Positions 10,822-23,220 of a DNA stretch of 64,000 bases are shown here, one piece after another. The translations under genes and the position numbers were made by a program. Below the pieces are notes generated by a model. The model saw only the letters and a list, made by a program, of their open reading frames with translations, was not told where the DNA came from and did no database searches. The first letter of the stretch is position 1, and each line of letters begins with the position of its first letter. This stretch comes from a virus, in the IMG/VR virus record IMGVR_UViG_3300045125_000039, positions 4,475-68,474 of that record; one strand, given 5' to 3'.

Positions 10822-13394
10822 ATGAATAAACTCTCCAATGTTGTCCTTCTCTCAAGATCCCAACCAATGACCTTAACGATAGTAGAGAGAGTTCTATAAA
10901 GCTCTTTTCGAACTGCTTAGTATAGTCAATGTAGTTATGCAGTTCAAGTTCTTTTGGCAAAGTATTTGTAAACGAAATTACATGTTCACCAATTGGATTC
11001 GGTGTTTTTAAATAAACAAACTTCACCTTTTCACCATCCTTGATGGTCGAATACTTCTTTGTTAATTTATGCTTTCTTGATGTGATGGTTGAACAATAAA
11101 GCACCTTTCACAGCAATAGGGGTTGACTTCTTGTAAATACTAGAAGAATCTGAATATTCATTCACACCATTGCATCCTCTTGGGAATGCAATCGCTTCAA
11201 CTGGTGATTCACTAAATTGTTTCTTGAATTCATCTTTGAAATTGATAAGTGCATCTTCATCAGAATTCATAATGATGTGAATCGCTTTCTTCAAACCATC
11301 ACGGACAATTTGTGGAGTTGAAGATCGGGTTGTTTCGATACCCATGATCTTCATCTCTGGTTCCTTCAGAAGAACATTGTCTTCACCCATGAGAACATTC
11401 AACATGTATCGCTTCTTTGCAGTCCAGATACCCTTACTAGAAATTGACTCACGCTTCATATGCATCTTCTGACCAAAAGCATTCATGATCTCATAGAGTT
11501 CAACATACTTCTTTTCGATGAATGGGTTGATGATTTCATTACATGCTTTATCAAGGAACTTGACTACCTTCTCGTTGTCTGGAGTCTTACCCTTGAATGA
11601 TTTGTCTACAAGTTTATCAAGGCAAAGATAAACAGAGTCTGTGTCAGATGCGATCACATAATCAACATCGGTTGTACCGACAGTCTTGTTGAGGAATGCA
11701 TTCAAAGCATTCTCAATCCAACGGATGGACAACTGACCGGATACAGTAATTGCTTCTGCAAGATCAAGATCATAATATCGGAAGTATTGATTACCCACAG
11801 CACCGAAGGCTGAGTTCAATTGAATCTTTCGAACCAACTGGAAGTTATGATACTTGCTAATATCAAACTTGATCTGCTGCTCTTCTTCCTTGCTGAGATT
11901 CTTCTCATTCTTCAGTCTACGCTTTGCGTCCAACATCTTTCCTTGTACATCTTGCGTTCTTTGTACATGGTTTCCATGAGTTCAGGAAGGAATCCCTGCT
12001 TGTCCTTCTTGAAGTAGACACCATTCGCAGCCATACTGAGATTCTTCTGACGAATGGTTTCCTGATGATCTTTTAGAAGTAGGAACTGCTTCTTTGCTTC
12101 TTCACTGTCTGGATAGAGAACATCCTCTGGTCGAAGAGTACCACGCTTACCCATCTCATGCTTCATCTCCGGTGAGATGTTGTATTGCATGATAAGATGT
12201 GGGTAAAGCGAGTCCAAGTCGAAGGATACGATCCATTTGTGCATACCAACCTGTGGTTCTTTAACATAAGCACCGACGAATGCAGTATCTTTCTCTTCAA
12301 TGTTCTTTTGTGGAATTACAATCTTCTTGCTGTTCAAATAATGATAGATGATGGTATCCCAAGTTCTAACTTGAGAAAACACATCGACTAGATTTACTTT
12401 TGCGGAATACGCAAGTGCAAGAGCAAGTTCAAGGAGTTTAAGTTTCTGCTCTAGTTTGACTACGAGATCAACATCCTTGACATTATACTGGACAAACTTC
12501 TGGAAGTCTCTGGTATACATGTCAAGAATACCATCGAATCCCTCGAAGGATGCTTTCTTCTCACCAAGTTCTGCATATGAAATATGATTGAGACTGTAGG
12601 ATTCTTGAGTTACGAATGTGAACTTCTTGTAAAGATCAAGATAGTCTAGAATAGAAACACCAAGAAGATCGTAAGCAATCTGCTCTCTGCATGATATAAA
12701 CCTTACGAGGCTTTACGATACCCCAAGGAGAGAGTTTACCTGCTTCACCATCACCAAACAGATTTGTAATCCGATTTACAAGATACGGAATATCAAAGAA
12801 CTGAATGTTCCATCCTGTGATGATGTCGAAGTCATAATACTTCCACTGCTCAATGAATGCTTGAAGCATTTCCTTCTCACAATCATACTCAAACACCATA
12901 TGATTGTTCTGAACTTAGCTTTGCTCGACCAAGACAATAAGTATGAATAGTTTCCTTGCCTTGCTGTAGGAAACGAACAGTGATAATGTTGACCTTCTGA
13001 TCTGCTTTTTCTACAGTTGGGAACCCATCTTCACATTGAGTTTCAATATCAAGATAACACACCTTCAGAGTGTTTGGATCATACTCTAGATTTGGAAAAC
13101 GATCACCAATGAACTGATATTGATAATCAGTATTACCATAAGATCTGATAACCAGAAACATCCTTGTATTCTTCGATCATCTCTCTGCAATCAGAGATAG
13201 AATCAAATTCAAAAGGAACAACTGGAAGATTATCCAAAGTCCTCCAAGGCGTTGTCTTGATCTGGTCAGGACTAAGCGGGAACATAAAGAGTTGGAGAGA
13301 ACTTGACTTTCTCTCTTACTCTCTTACCATTCTTGTAACCCGTGTACAGAATAGTGTTACCACGGACAGAAACATGTGTATAGAATTCACTCAT
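10818..13394 (-). CDS. gp43: Family B DNA polymerase, multiply frameshifted
   Basis: Exo motifs [24 protein letters not shown]; pol motifs [45 protein letters not shown]. Confidence 0.97.
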
Positions 13395-14239
13395 TCCATT
13401 ATTGTAGTAAGTGGGGACACTTCTTCAGCGTAACGCTTGTATGATAACGCATGATACTCGGAATTCAACTCTATTCCTAGATAATTCCTGTCATTCATAC
13501 ACGCTACGATCCCCGTAGTTCCAGAACCAGAGAATGGATCTAGAACAGTTCCTCCCACCGGACAACCTGCTACGACGCAAGGTTTGATTAAATCCAATGG
13601 GAATGTTGCAAAGTGTGCTCCCTTGTATGTATTTGTGGCGATGCTCCAAACATCACGCAAGTTTGCAGTTTCATAATTTTTATCAAAACCAGAATGTGCA
13701 GAAAGACCAGTCTGTTCTTGCCCATTCTTTAGTTTTTCTCTTATGTCCATTTTGAACTCTCTTATCTTCTGGATGCTTTGCAGCAGTTCTAGTGGACTCA
13801 ATATCATAATAATAATTCTTGTTCTTTGCAAACAAAAAGAAATATTCATGTGCTCTTGTTGGTCTGTCCTTTACACTTTCTGGCATTGGATTTGGTTTGT
13901 GCTTCAAACGATATCACTGCGTAGAATCCAACCATCCTTCTGCAAAGCAAAAGCAACCAACCAAGGAATACCAAGGAGGTTCTTGTTCTTTCCGAATGTA
14001 TCACCGATGTTCAACCAGAGAGTACCATCATCACGAAGAACTCTCTTTACACCTTGAAATACTTTCACCATTTCACTTACATACTCTTCGGGAGTATCTT
14101 CAGTTCCAATCTGATCATCATTGTGATAATCACGAAGAGCAAAGTATGGTGGTGAAGTAACACAAGTATTAATAGAACACTCTGGAAGAGTGTTTAGAAT
14201 CTCTCTGTTATCACCAAGTAGTACTTCAAACTTTGCCAT
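13391..14239 (-). CDS. Beta-class amino-methyltransferase (N4-C/N6-A DNA methylase), frameshifted
   Basis: Motif IV VTSPPY near the N-terminus, LWLNIGD, HEYFFLFAK, RDVWSI, HFATFP, and motif I VLDPFSGSGTT near the C-terminus. Confidence 0.9.
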
Positions 14240-14549
14240 TCTTATCCTTCACATATGAGTGCAGAAGAACCATGTAATTAATTACATCCACTATTGTATC
14301 CTCAAATGATTCATTTGCAACCTCCATCTTGCCAGATTCTACAAATGAAGAAAGGCGACTCATTTTATCTGTAAGTCTAACAAGCATTCCGCGCTCAGTT
14401 GAACAAATGCCCATTGCTTCTACACGAGTAAAATTTGCAAATGGTTCTGTTCCAGACCGACCTGCATAATCTGCATTTTTCTTTTTCATTAATTCTCTTG
14501 CAGTTTCACAAAGATGTTCATGATTTTCAATCAATTCTTGTTTAGTCAT
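14226..14549 (-). CDS. DUF1599/MazG-like 'nucleotide-modification-associated' all-alpha protein
   Basis: KKNADYAG...PFANF...LVRLTDKMSRL...ESFEDTIVDVINY pattern; probable start MTKQE at 14549. Confidence 0.65.
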   Translation of the reverse strand: MTKQELIENHEHLCETARELMKKKNADYAGRSGTEPFANFTRVEAMGICSTERGMLVRLTDKMSRLSSFVESGKMEVANESFEDTIVDVINYMVLLHSYVKDKNGKV

Positions 14550-15083
14550 AAATGAAACTCCAGCTAGATCCGAAACCACCAGCCTTCGATCTCGTCTTTT
14601 GTACGTGGCTTATCCGACTGTCTCTTGGATATCATATAGTTTCGCACTCGAACCAGTTCTGCTTGTGCTATTCTGACTCACCATGATGTACATATATAGT
14701 TTCTCGTTTGAAATATTATGCAACATAATCTCTAGATTCTTCAACATAATCAGAATCAATAATACCTTGTGCATTTGCCATAACCAGCCCCTTGCTTAAG
14801 AGACAGCCCAGAACGAGCATGAATACGCACAGAATAACCAACAGGAATATCAAAATAATCCCAGTCGGAACTAAAAGTCTCTGACCGGGATCAATCGCAA
14901 TGAATCTATTTTCTTCTTTTGATTCTGCAATTCTTCGCAGCACATTCTCTATTATTTGCACAATAACCTTTTACTTCATAGAGAGGTTGGACCAAGATAA
15001 GCATGTAAATCGAAGCATGCAGCCTGTGCAGTTGCTTTCTTTGGTGTCTTTACTTCAGGGTATAACTTGTAGATTTTTAACAT
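14546..15083 (-). CDS. dut: Trimeric dUTPase, frameshifted
   Basis: Reassembled AACFDLHA, LVPTGI, RSGLSLKQGLVMANAQGIIDSDY, GDRIAQAEL-like and C-terminal GGFGS: the five dUTPase motifs. Confidence 0.88.
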
Positions 15084-15089
15084 GATAAA

Positions 15090-15117
15090 AGTATAACCTC
15101 ACAAACAAAAATGTCAA
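15090..15117 (-). promoter_or_regulatory. Sigma70-type early promoter for the dut-DUF1599-MTase-gp43 unit (probably leaderless)
   Basis: TTGACA-N16-TATACT, then 6 nt, then the ATG of dut; no SD sequence in between. Confidence 0.75.
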
Positions 15118-15124
15118 GGAGTTT

Positions 15125-15306
15125 CTAAAATTTCTGGTTCAACAAATCTTGGATTGCTGTTTGGATCATATGTCCAACCGGAGTTTCACAACGCTCATCA
15201 TCACCTAAATGAATATTGGTTGTTCCTTGAAATAAATCTCCACCACCATCCCAAATTACTACATTGTCTACTATATTATTATGCATCTACTAACGCTCCA
15301 TCTCAT
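15125..15306 (-). CDS. Small tail-fibre/adhesin-associated protein, frameshifted
   Basis: AAGGAG RBS; MRWALVDANNNIVDNVVIWDG...GWTYDPNSNPRFVEPENF*, a type commonly found after Gly-rich fibre genes. Confidence 0.55.
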
Positions 15307-15324
15307 ATGTTTTTCTCCTTTATA

Positions 15325-16227
15325 TTAAAAGACATTATAACAACAATAACCATCTCCACCATTACCACCATCTCCTGCTGTAGTATGGGTTGACCAAGCA
15401 GCACCTCCACCTCCACCTACCACTACCTCTATATCCTCTACCGCCGTTACTTGCGGTTCCTGTTAGTGCTGCATTATTTCCACCAGCACCACCATACCCC
15501 GTAGAATATTTTCTCAATATCATGGTTGGAAATCCGCTTTCACCATTACTTTTTATTACAGTGTTTACTGGTAAATCTGGATTTAATACTTGTGTTTGTG
15601 CGGTGGATCCTGTCAATAATCTTCCACCTGCTGCACTGGTGAGTTCTGCAGATTGTCCTGCACCACCACCACCAAAAGTAGAATTAATACCTTGGACTCT
15701 AGAATCTGCTACAGCACCAACTGCTCCAGCAACTCCTGCCCAATCCACCAACAGGAAATCCATAATAAACTTGCCCTGTTCTAGCAGTTCCTCCTGATCC
15801 ACCAGTAGTTGTTCCACCACCACCAATTTGCACCCTAAACAAACCATCATTGTTCCTGGTCTACCTGTAATACCAACCGTGGTATTTCCTCCGGGGACTT
15901 CCACCTGTTCCGTTTTGATTGCCGATAGCACCACCTCCACCGGGACTACCACCAGCACCAATAACAACAGTCAATGTTGTTCCAGGGCCACCTAAAGCAT
16001 CAGCAAAAAATTCATGCAAAATAATACCACCCCACTTCCGACTCCTCCACCATAAGAAGAACCGGAACCAGAACTTTTTCTTCCCCCTCCACCACCACCA
16101 CCTGCACCAACTGCTAGAATTCTAATAATTTTAGAATTTTGAGGAATAGTATATGTGCCACTAACATCAAATTCTTTGATGTCTATGTTTACATTGAAGT
16201 TGGAAAATTAAAAAATCCGTTATTCAT
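15325..16227 (-). CDS. Glycine-rich adhesin-like protein, paralogue C (frameshifted)
   Basis: MNNGFFNFP..IDIKEFDVSGTYTIP...ILAVGAGGGGGGG...; ends GDGGNGGDGYVV-like. Confidence 0.7.
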
Positions 16228-16235
16228 TTTATCCT

Positions 16236-17185
16236 TAAATGCTGCTATTGCACATAACCATTTCCGCCACGACCACCAATCCCAGAAGAAAATCCATTTC
16301 TAGACCCCACCACCACCGCCGCCACCACCGCACTCTATATCCATTACCACCATTTCCCAGCGTTTACGCTTGCTTCCACCACCACCGCCCCTACCACCAA
16401 CACCCGGAGAATATCTTCCAATAATTGTCTTACCACCTTGCTCAGTTGCGCTTCCAGCATTTCCTCCAACTACTCCCTGATTTACCAAATTGTTTCCTCT
16501 TGTATAAAATGAATTGAGAATGCTGAGAACAGTCCTCCTGCTACTATTGAACCACCTTGACTGGCTGTTCCTGGAGTTCCGTTGTCTACTCCACCACCAC
16601 CTGCACCGCCCATTGTCTCTAAAATGGTAGATAGCAGAAGAAGTTGGAGTTCCACTAGAACCTGCTGATCCTGCACCATGTGCAGTTCCTATAATTGATA
16701 AAAATAATCCATACACCCAACTATTTTTGCCCAGTTGCACCAGCAGCAGTAGTTGCAGATGCGCCGGTTGTTCCATTTCCACCAGAAGCAACGATAAAAT
16801 AGTTTTCATTACCACCTATTGCTAATAATGTTGACCCTCCTCCACTGCCGTTACCTCCATTAGAACTATCACCTGTTGCAGCAGCACCACCATCACCACC
16901 TGCTCCAATAGTTACATATATTGTAGAACCCAGGTTCCTAATTCTTCTACTAAATATTCCATTAAAACTATAGTACCTCCACCACCACCGCTACCACCAA
17001 ATGCTGCAGTTCCAGCAGCACTTCTTCTTCCACCCGCACCACCACCTCCTGCTCCTATCCGCCAAAACCCATAATCGTTTTGCACCATTTGGAATTATAA
17101 AAGAACCACTCTGGTCAAACTCTTGTATGTTCAACACATTTTTATTTGTTAAATTGTCTGGAAAACTAAAAAATCCGTTATTCAT
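16236..17185 (-). CDS. Glycine-rich adhesin-like protein, paralogue B (frameshifted)
   Basis: MNNGFFSFPDNLTNKNVLNIQEFDQSGSFIIPNGAKRLWVL..GGGGGG...; ends GGRGGNGYV.IAAF. Confidence 0.7.
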
Positions 17186-17189
17186 ATTA

Positions 17190-18171
17190 TTATCCGTATG
17201 CTGCAATGACTACATATCCGTCCCCACCTTTTCCACCACGACCTGCTGTAAATCCATTTCTACAACCACCACCACCACCGCCACCGCCGCCTCTATACCC
17301 TCTGCCACCATTTCCACCGTTTGCGTAGATCCACCGCGCCGCCTGCACCACCTAATCCCGAGAATATTTATCAAAAAGAGTATATCCTAAAGAATCTAGT
17401 GGAGCAACACCACTGTTTGCAGTTGACCCAGTTATGATTGCTGCATTTCTAACATAGTTAGAATTTAAAATAGCAGTTCCACCAGTTGAAAGAGCAGATT
17501 GATTTCCTCCATTAAAAACACCACCGCCAGATGAAACTCCTCCACCACCTGCACCACCATTTCCATAATATGCAAGAGATTGTGAACCACCTGTTGCAGA
17601 AGCAGATCCTGCAGCCCCTGCTCCAAGATTTTGATTAGGGGTAAATCCAAAATTAGGAAATGTAGTTGCACCTCCAGCAGTTCCTGAAGAAGTACCTCCT
17701 CCTTGACCTGCTGCTGAAGATCCAGAATGTATTGAATACAATATATATCCTGGAGAACCTGTTATTGATATAAAACTAGCACCACCTATTGAACCAGCAC
17801 TTCCATTCGTACCATCGCTTGCTGCAGGATCACCACCATCTCCACCTGATCCGATTCCAACAGTTAAGGAAATATTTGGAGTACTTGATAAATCCAATCT
17901 ATTTGAATTGTGACCAGAACCGTATAATTGATCAACCCAAAAATTATAAACATTCACAATACCACCTGCTCCACCTCCACCCCCAGATGCACCAGTTCCT
18001 GATGGTTGTCTTGCTCCTCCTCCACCACCTGCACTGGACCTAACAACCATTACCCAAATACGCTTTGCTCCAGTGGGAATCATATAAGTTCCACTAGTAT
18101 CGTATTCTTTAATATCTAATAAATTGGTAAATCCTAGAACACTAGGAAAACCAAAAAATTCCATTGTTCAT
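17190..18171 (-). CDS. Glycine-rich adhesin-like protein, paralogue A (frameshifted)
   Basis: MNNGIFGFPSVLGFTNLLDIKEYDTSGTYMIPTGAKRIWVMVV..GGGGGARQPSG...; ends GGDGYVVIAAYG*. Confidence 0.72.
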
Positions 18172-18620
18172 AATAATCCAGATTCAATAATTACATGATA
18201 ATTTGCACGAAGTATGTAAAGTTGCATATAAAATGGCTCAGATACTTACCTGGCAAAATTAATCCAACTAATTCTGGAACTTCTGTTCTATAACCAATAG
18301 CAGTACTAGATGATGTTACTAATGGAACTGCTTTTTCACATACTAAGTCTTTGGTACTTGAGTTCCGCGCATCAGTTCGAGATATAAAATCTTAACAACA
18401 TTTGCAGTTCCTGCACCAACTGCAGTCTGTACTTCAAGTACGTGAAACTCTTAAAATTCTTTTCCTACTCCGTTTGCTGCGGTTGTTGATGGTCTGCAGA
18501 GGATAAAGTAGCAAATGTAGATCGAGTTCCGCTTCCATCTCTTGCTGCATTCACATGTGTTGAACTGAGTGCAAATGTTTCAACTATTGGTTGTGCTGTA
18601 TATTGTGCTGTTGTTGCCAT
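18172..18620 (-). CDS. Hypothetical virion protein preceding the Gly-rich genes (frameshifted)
   Basis: AGGAG RBS; MATTAQYTAQPIVE...ARDGSG...GKRILRV...ELVGLILPG, a type recurrently seen upstream of MNxG-F Gly-rich genes in phages. Confidence 0.55.
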
Positions 18621-18641
18621 TGTTGTTTTCCTTTTCTCCTA

Positions 18642-21600
18642 TTATATAATACCCATTGCAAAAGCAAGTAATCTGCTCCAGATGATGCACCAGTTGTTTG
18701 GGTTGTGCGCATCCGAGAATGCAATACTAGAAATACCAGTTATTGCTTGATTTGTACTGCTTGTTTGTAATGTAGTTGTACCCAAATAAAGTGTCACTGA
18801 ACCACCCAAACTTGTGCTAGAACTATTTATAGTGATTGCAGAGTTAGCCAATTTATTATTGGCAATTGAACCTGCCCAACATTGTATTTGTAACAGTTCC
18901 TGTATCCCCTGATGTGATTACTGTTCCTGTTGTATCTGGTAATAGTTAGAGTTCTGACTCCTGACAGAGTGGTTGGTTGAATATTAACAGTATAATTAGA
19001 AGTTCCTCCTGCTCTGGGTAGTAATGCTATACTATCTCTTGTTGAGTCATTAAAATCATACACAATAACCCCACCAAATGTATATAACGTATCATACACA
19101 TATGTACCACCCAAACCATTTGCTTCCCATGTAGATGTCTACATTTCCAGCAACTCTCCATCACCAGTAGCATTAGCACCTATGTTGATATTCCCATATA
19201 GTAGAAGTATCTGTACAGCATCATGCAATATTAACAAATATTTCCCAGCAGTTGTGAGTAATTAGATGAATGAATTGTGTCCTAGAATATTAACAAATCT
19301 ATTTCCCACAAAATTATTTGCTAAGTTAATCGTTCTATTTCCAGCAGCACCTGTGGCAATATTTACTGTAGAAGTTCCACCAGCTTAACATTTATGTTGT
19401 GGTTGTAGTTCCTGTTGCACTGATCTCTAATAGTCAGAGTTGTTGCTGCACCGAATGCGTTTATAGTTGTTGTTGTTGTATCAAATACATCAAATGAAGT
19501 GCTTCCTATTATTAGATGTTGTTATAGATGGAGAGGTTATTGCTGGGAACTGTAGCTCTCACAACGCTTCCCGTTCCGGTGTTTGCTGTCCAAACTGGAT
19601 TTGTGTCCATCTGATGTAAGAACATAATTATTAGCACCAATTGTTAATTTTGATAATGCTGTTGTGGTTGATGCATACAATAGATCACCAACAGCGTATA
19701 CTGTTTGTCCAGTTCCACCTTTAGTTGCACCTATAGCAGTTGCATTCCATGTACCAGTTGCAATGGTTCCTAATGTGGTAATATTTGTCTGATCCTGACA
19801 TATGATGTTTTTAATACTAAAAACACTACCCGATAATGTTAGTGTAGTTTCGTCTGCATGTGAATGTTCCAGCACCTGAGAATTGTTGGAAAGCGATTGG
19901 ATCTAGCATCAAGATTTGTTACTTTATTTGTCTGAACCCAGACCAGTATTGTCATAAGTAGTTCCGTCTGTTACGAATACGAAATCACCACCCAACCAAT
20001 CCGATGCAGCATCACCATCAGATGATCTTCTTAATTCTCTTGCAGCATAGACATAATACACACCATTTTTGCTTGCACCAAGACCACCACCGCTTGCTTC
20101 ATTCTTTACAAGTATCTTATCTGCTAATGATTCTGTATTGTTTGCAGTTAATGTTGTACCATCACAAAAACTAGCGTCAGTTGCTGCTTTTCCACCCGTC
20201 CATGTGATCGCTCCACCAGAATACGAAACTGTTGTTGTTGTAAGCACTGCTAAAGTGTCAGTTGTTGCGGTCTTCACTGTTGAGTGAACATGGAGTCCCT
20301 TGAGCAACAGAATCTACATATCCCTTAGTTGCTGCATCGGTTGAAGATGATGGTGTTGTAAGATTTATAATTTTCTTGGAGGAGACATCCACACTTCCTG
20401 TACCATTTGGCACTAATGTAACATTTGTATTAGTACCACCGGCTGTAAATGTAAGTGCTCCAGTACCAGTTATACTTCCTGTGACTGTACCAGTTCCACC
20501 ATAAGCAACGCCTATTGTTTGACCGTTCCATGTTGCATTTGAAGGAATTGTGTTTGGAACATCGTTTGTACGACCAGCACCAGAAACAATGATTTGACCT
20601 GTGTTCTGATTAACTCTACCGACTCTACCAATATTTTGAATTAAATTAGAACCTGTTGGTTTAGTTGCAGTTAAGCCACCACCAGGAGCAACATATGTTA
20701 CTTGACCTACAGTATAACCTTGTGTATCTACACCAGATACAGTGCCTGCTATAGTGACATATCCGGTTGTGCCTGCTGCTATTGCTCGAAGTTGTCAAAC
20801 CAATTGCAGGCATTGTTGAAGAACTTGAAGAATTTGCTGGAGCAATTTCTAATACAGCAGTATTACCAACTGTTCCTGTAATATAAACAGGAGTACCGAT
20901 AGCAATAGAAGATGCTGTATTATTTTTTACTTCTACTTGAAGTTCCCCTACAAGATCTGAAGTAATACGATTTGCTGTTATATCTCCACTAAAGTTTGCA
21001 TCTGCTGCAGTTATAGTTCCAGTAAATGTAGGAGAAGCTCTGAGAATACTAAACTGCCTGCTGTTCCTGTTTCATCTGTAACTGCTGCTGCTAGATTCGC
21101 ACTTGAAGGTGTTGCTAGGAATGTTGCTATTCCTGTTCCTAAACCAGATACGCCTGTTGTGATTGGTAGACCAGTGCAGTTGGTTAATGTACCCGATTGC
21201 GGTGTACCTAGAATTGGTGTGGTTAGTGTTGGAGAGGTGGCAAAACACTAAAGCACCAGAACCTGTTTCATCTGTGACTGCTGTTGCCAAATTTGAACTT
21301 GAAGGTGTTGCTAGGAATGTTGCTATACCAGAAGCAAGTCCAGACACACCAGTTGATATTGGTAAACTTGTACAGTTACTTCAAGTTGCTAGATTGAGGT
21401 GTACCTAGAATTGGTGTGGTTAATGTTGGGGATGTTAATGTTTTATTTGTTAGTGTCTGTGTACCTGTTAGGGTAACTACAGTTGAATCTATTGAAAGAT
21501 TGATTGCATTGTTTGTGTCTGGATAAGATACTGTGATTCCTGTATGTGTTCCAGATGTGAATAAAGATGCTGCTGCGTCCTGTATAGTTTCTGTACTGAC

Positions 21601-21861
21601 TCCACTAATAGGAGTAAATCCAAGAGCAGTAGTGACATCAGAGGAGTTTGAAGATACATGCACCAGTTCTTGTGTTAAAAGACGATACTCCACCCCCGCC
21701 AACAGCATTACCATCAATTAATAATATAGCTAGAATCATTTGTGTCACCCGAACCAATATATATTTTTTATCTGGTATGTTAATAGCAACTTCACCATAT
21801 TCTAATGCGTTGCCGGTGTGTTTCCTGGGGTATCTGATCTTTTGAGTTTGATTACTGCCAT
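18642..21861 (-). CDS. Long tail-fibre-like protein (about 1070 aa), multiply frameshifted
   Basis: N-terminal IKLKRSDTPG..P..LEYGEVAINIPDK, TQTLTNKTLTSP, DAATKGYVDS, KNGVYYV, GDFVFVTDGT, GTWNATAIG..KGGTGQT.YAVGDLLYAS: Thr/Gly-rich fibre motifs. Confidence 0.8.
21050..21430 (-). repeat. Tandem duplication of an about 65-aa unit in the fibre gene
   Basis: Identical 30-mer acttgaaggtgttgctaggaatgttgctat at 21101-21130 and 21297-21326; unit PTLTTPILGTPQSG...GIATFLATPSS.NLA.AVTDETG. Confidence 0.85.
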
Positions 21862-22244
21862 TAGAATGTCCCACCATCTAAATCTATTGTAGATTCACTT
21901 ATTGGTACAAAACTTCCTTCTGTTGTTGCATTTCCTGTTCCAACCCATACTTGATTGTCAACAGTATTTATGATCAATGTTCCTGCGTTATAGGTGAGTT
22001 GGTTGTATCTGGTGTTTCTCCAGATTGATCTAAAATTAAAACATTTGTTAATTCAAATGCAGGTGATTGATCTGTCCCATACCAACCCATAATCGTTTTA
22101 AATATGGGTTTATATTGGTTTCACCTAATGTCAAACCGATCTGTGTTATTTGCAACATTTGTTTAGATTTAGTTCTGGCAAATCGTTGACATTATCGAAA
22201 ATATATGTACTTAAATTTTCTGGATTTGCTTTTCTTCTTGGCAT
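21861..22244 (-). CDS. Small fibre-associated protein ending DLDGGTF (frameshifted)
   Basis: MPRRKANPENL...LTLGETNINPYLKRLWVG...TLIINTVDNQVWVGTG...TIDLDGGTF*. Confidence 0.5.
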
Positions 22245-22359
22245 ATTATTTTACCAAAACTGTTGTGCTTTTTACCTTTATAATTTTTATTTTATTGCCA
22301 TTATAATCTGGTTGAATCTTATTTGGTTCTTTTGATGTTACTTTTATAAATTTCATTTT

Positions 22360-22758
22360 TACACTAGACTCCACAGTAAATCTGCCTTTACAAAGAGGAG
22401 TTGCAGACAGAATCGTTCAATAGTCTTATATAATAAAAATATGTTCCCTGATTTAATTCAGCCATAGTATCTGCATTGATTGTTAATTTAAATGAACCAA
22501 CTGTTCACCTGTCTTTGTTAAAGAACCAAATGTGTTTTGTGTATCTGGATACAACATAGTTCCTCTGTTTGTTCGCCGGTTGAATTCTATACCAAATAGA
22601 AAAATATCAGTATTTGTTTGAAGTTTTTTCAATAAAAAATCAATTATATAAGAATTTGATGTTATGTTTACAGGAGAACTATTTTCATCTAGATATTCAA
22701 ACTGAATCTCTAGTGTAGAACCTTCTTCTGCTAATATATCGTATGTTCCGCCTCTCAT
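22360..22758 (-). CDS. Adaptor/baseplate-upper-like protein (YDI..EEG.T type), frameshifted
   Basis: MRGGTYDILAEEGSTLEIQFEYLDENSSPVNIT...FKLTINADTMA...YFYYIRL..; heads the fibre cassette. Confidence 0.5.
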
Positions 22759-23164
22759 CGTTTCTTACCTATATGATATTTGGGACAAAGTTCCCAATCT
22801 TGTTTTTCTTTAAATGGAATAATTTTAATTTGATTTATTGGTGTGAGAATACTATTCATCTTATCCTTATCTGCTACTGCTAATAATCCCCACTCTTCCA
22901 ATAATTTAGCAATCATGTTTCTTCTTCCTATATCTGATTCATTTATATCAGATGGCAATCCATCCAAAGAAAATAATTCTTTAAAATGAACTATATAATA
23001 TTTTACCCTTTTTGTGTAATATATGACAGGATTGATATAGTTTTTTATCTTTTTTTTGAAGAAACTCCTATTCTAGTCAATGTTTCTTTTACCTTTAGGA
23101 AATCGTCTTCGTTTTTTAGGGTTATTTCTAATAATGAACCCACATCAAATGAGTCGTTTTGCAT
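22755..23164 (-). CDS. regA: RegA translational repressor, frameshifted
   Basis: DDFLKVKETLTRIGV...LYQSCHILHKRGKYYIVHFKELF.LDG...RRNMIAKLLEEWGL...IIPFKEKQDWELCPKYHIG. Confidence 0.93.
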
Positions 23165-23220
23165 GATTATTCTTTCTACAAAAATGAAATAGTATCATTT
23201 ATATGTATAAAAAATAATCA

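Noticed and set aside
14716-14961. Apparent 81-aa membrane protein in the ORF track
   Set aside because: The hydrophobic stretch is an out-of-frame reading of dUTPase; the neighbouring frames give the RSGLSLK and GIIDSDY motifs.
15325-21861. Diversity-generating retroelement acting on the fibre/adhesin genes
   Set aside because: No reverse transcriptase in the window and no near-identical TR/VR pair differing only at adenines.
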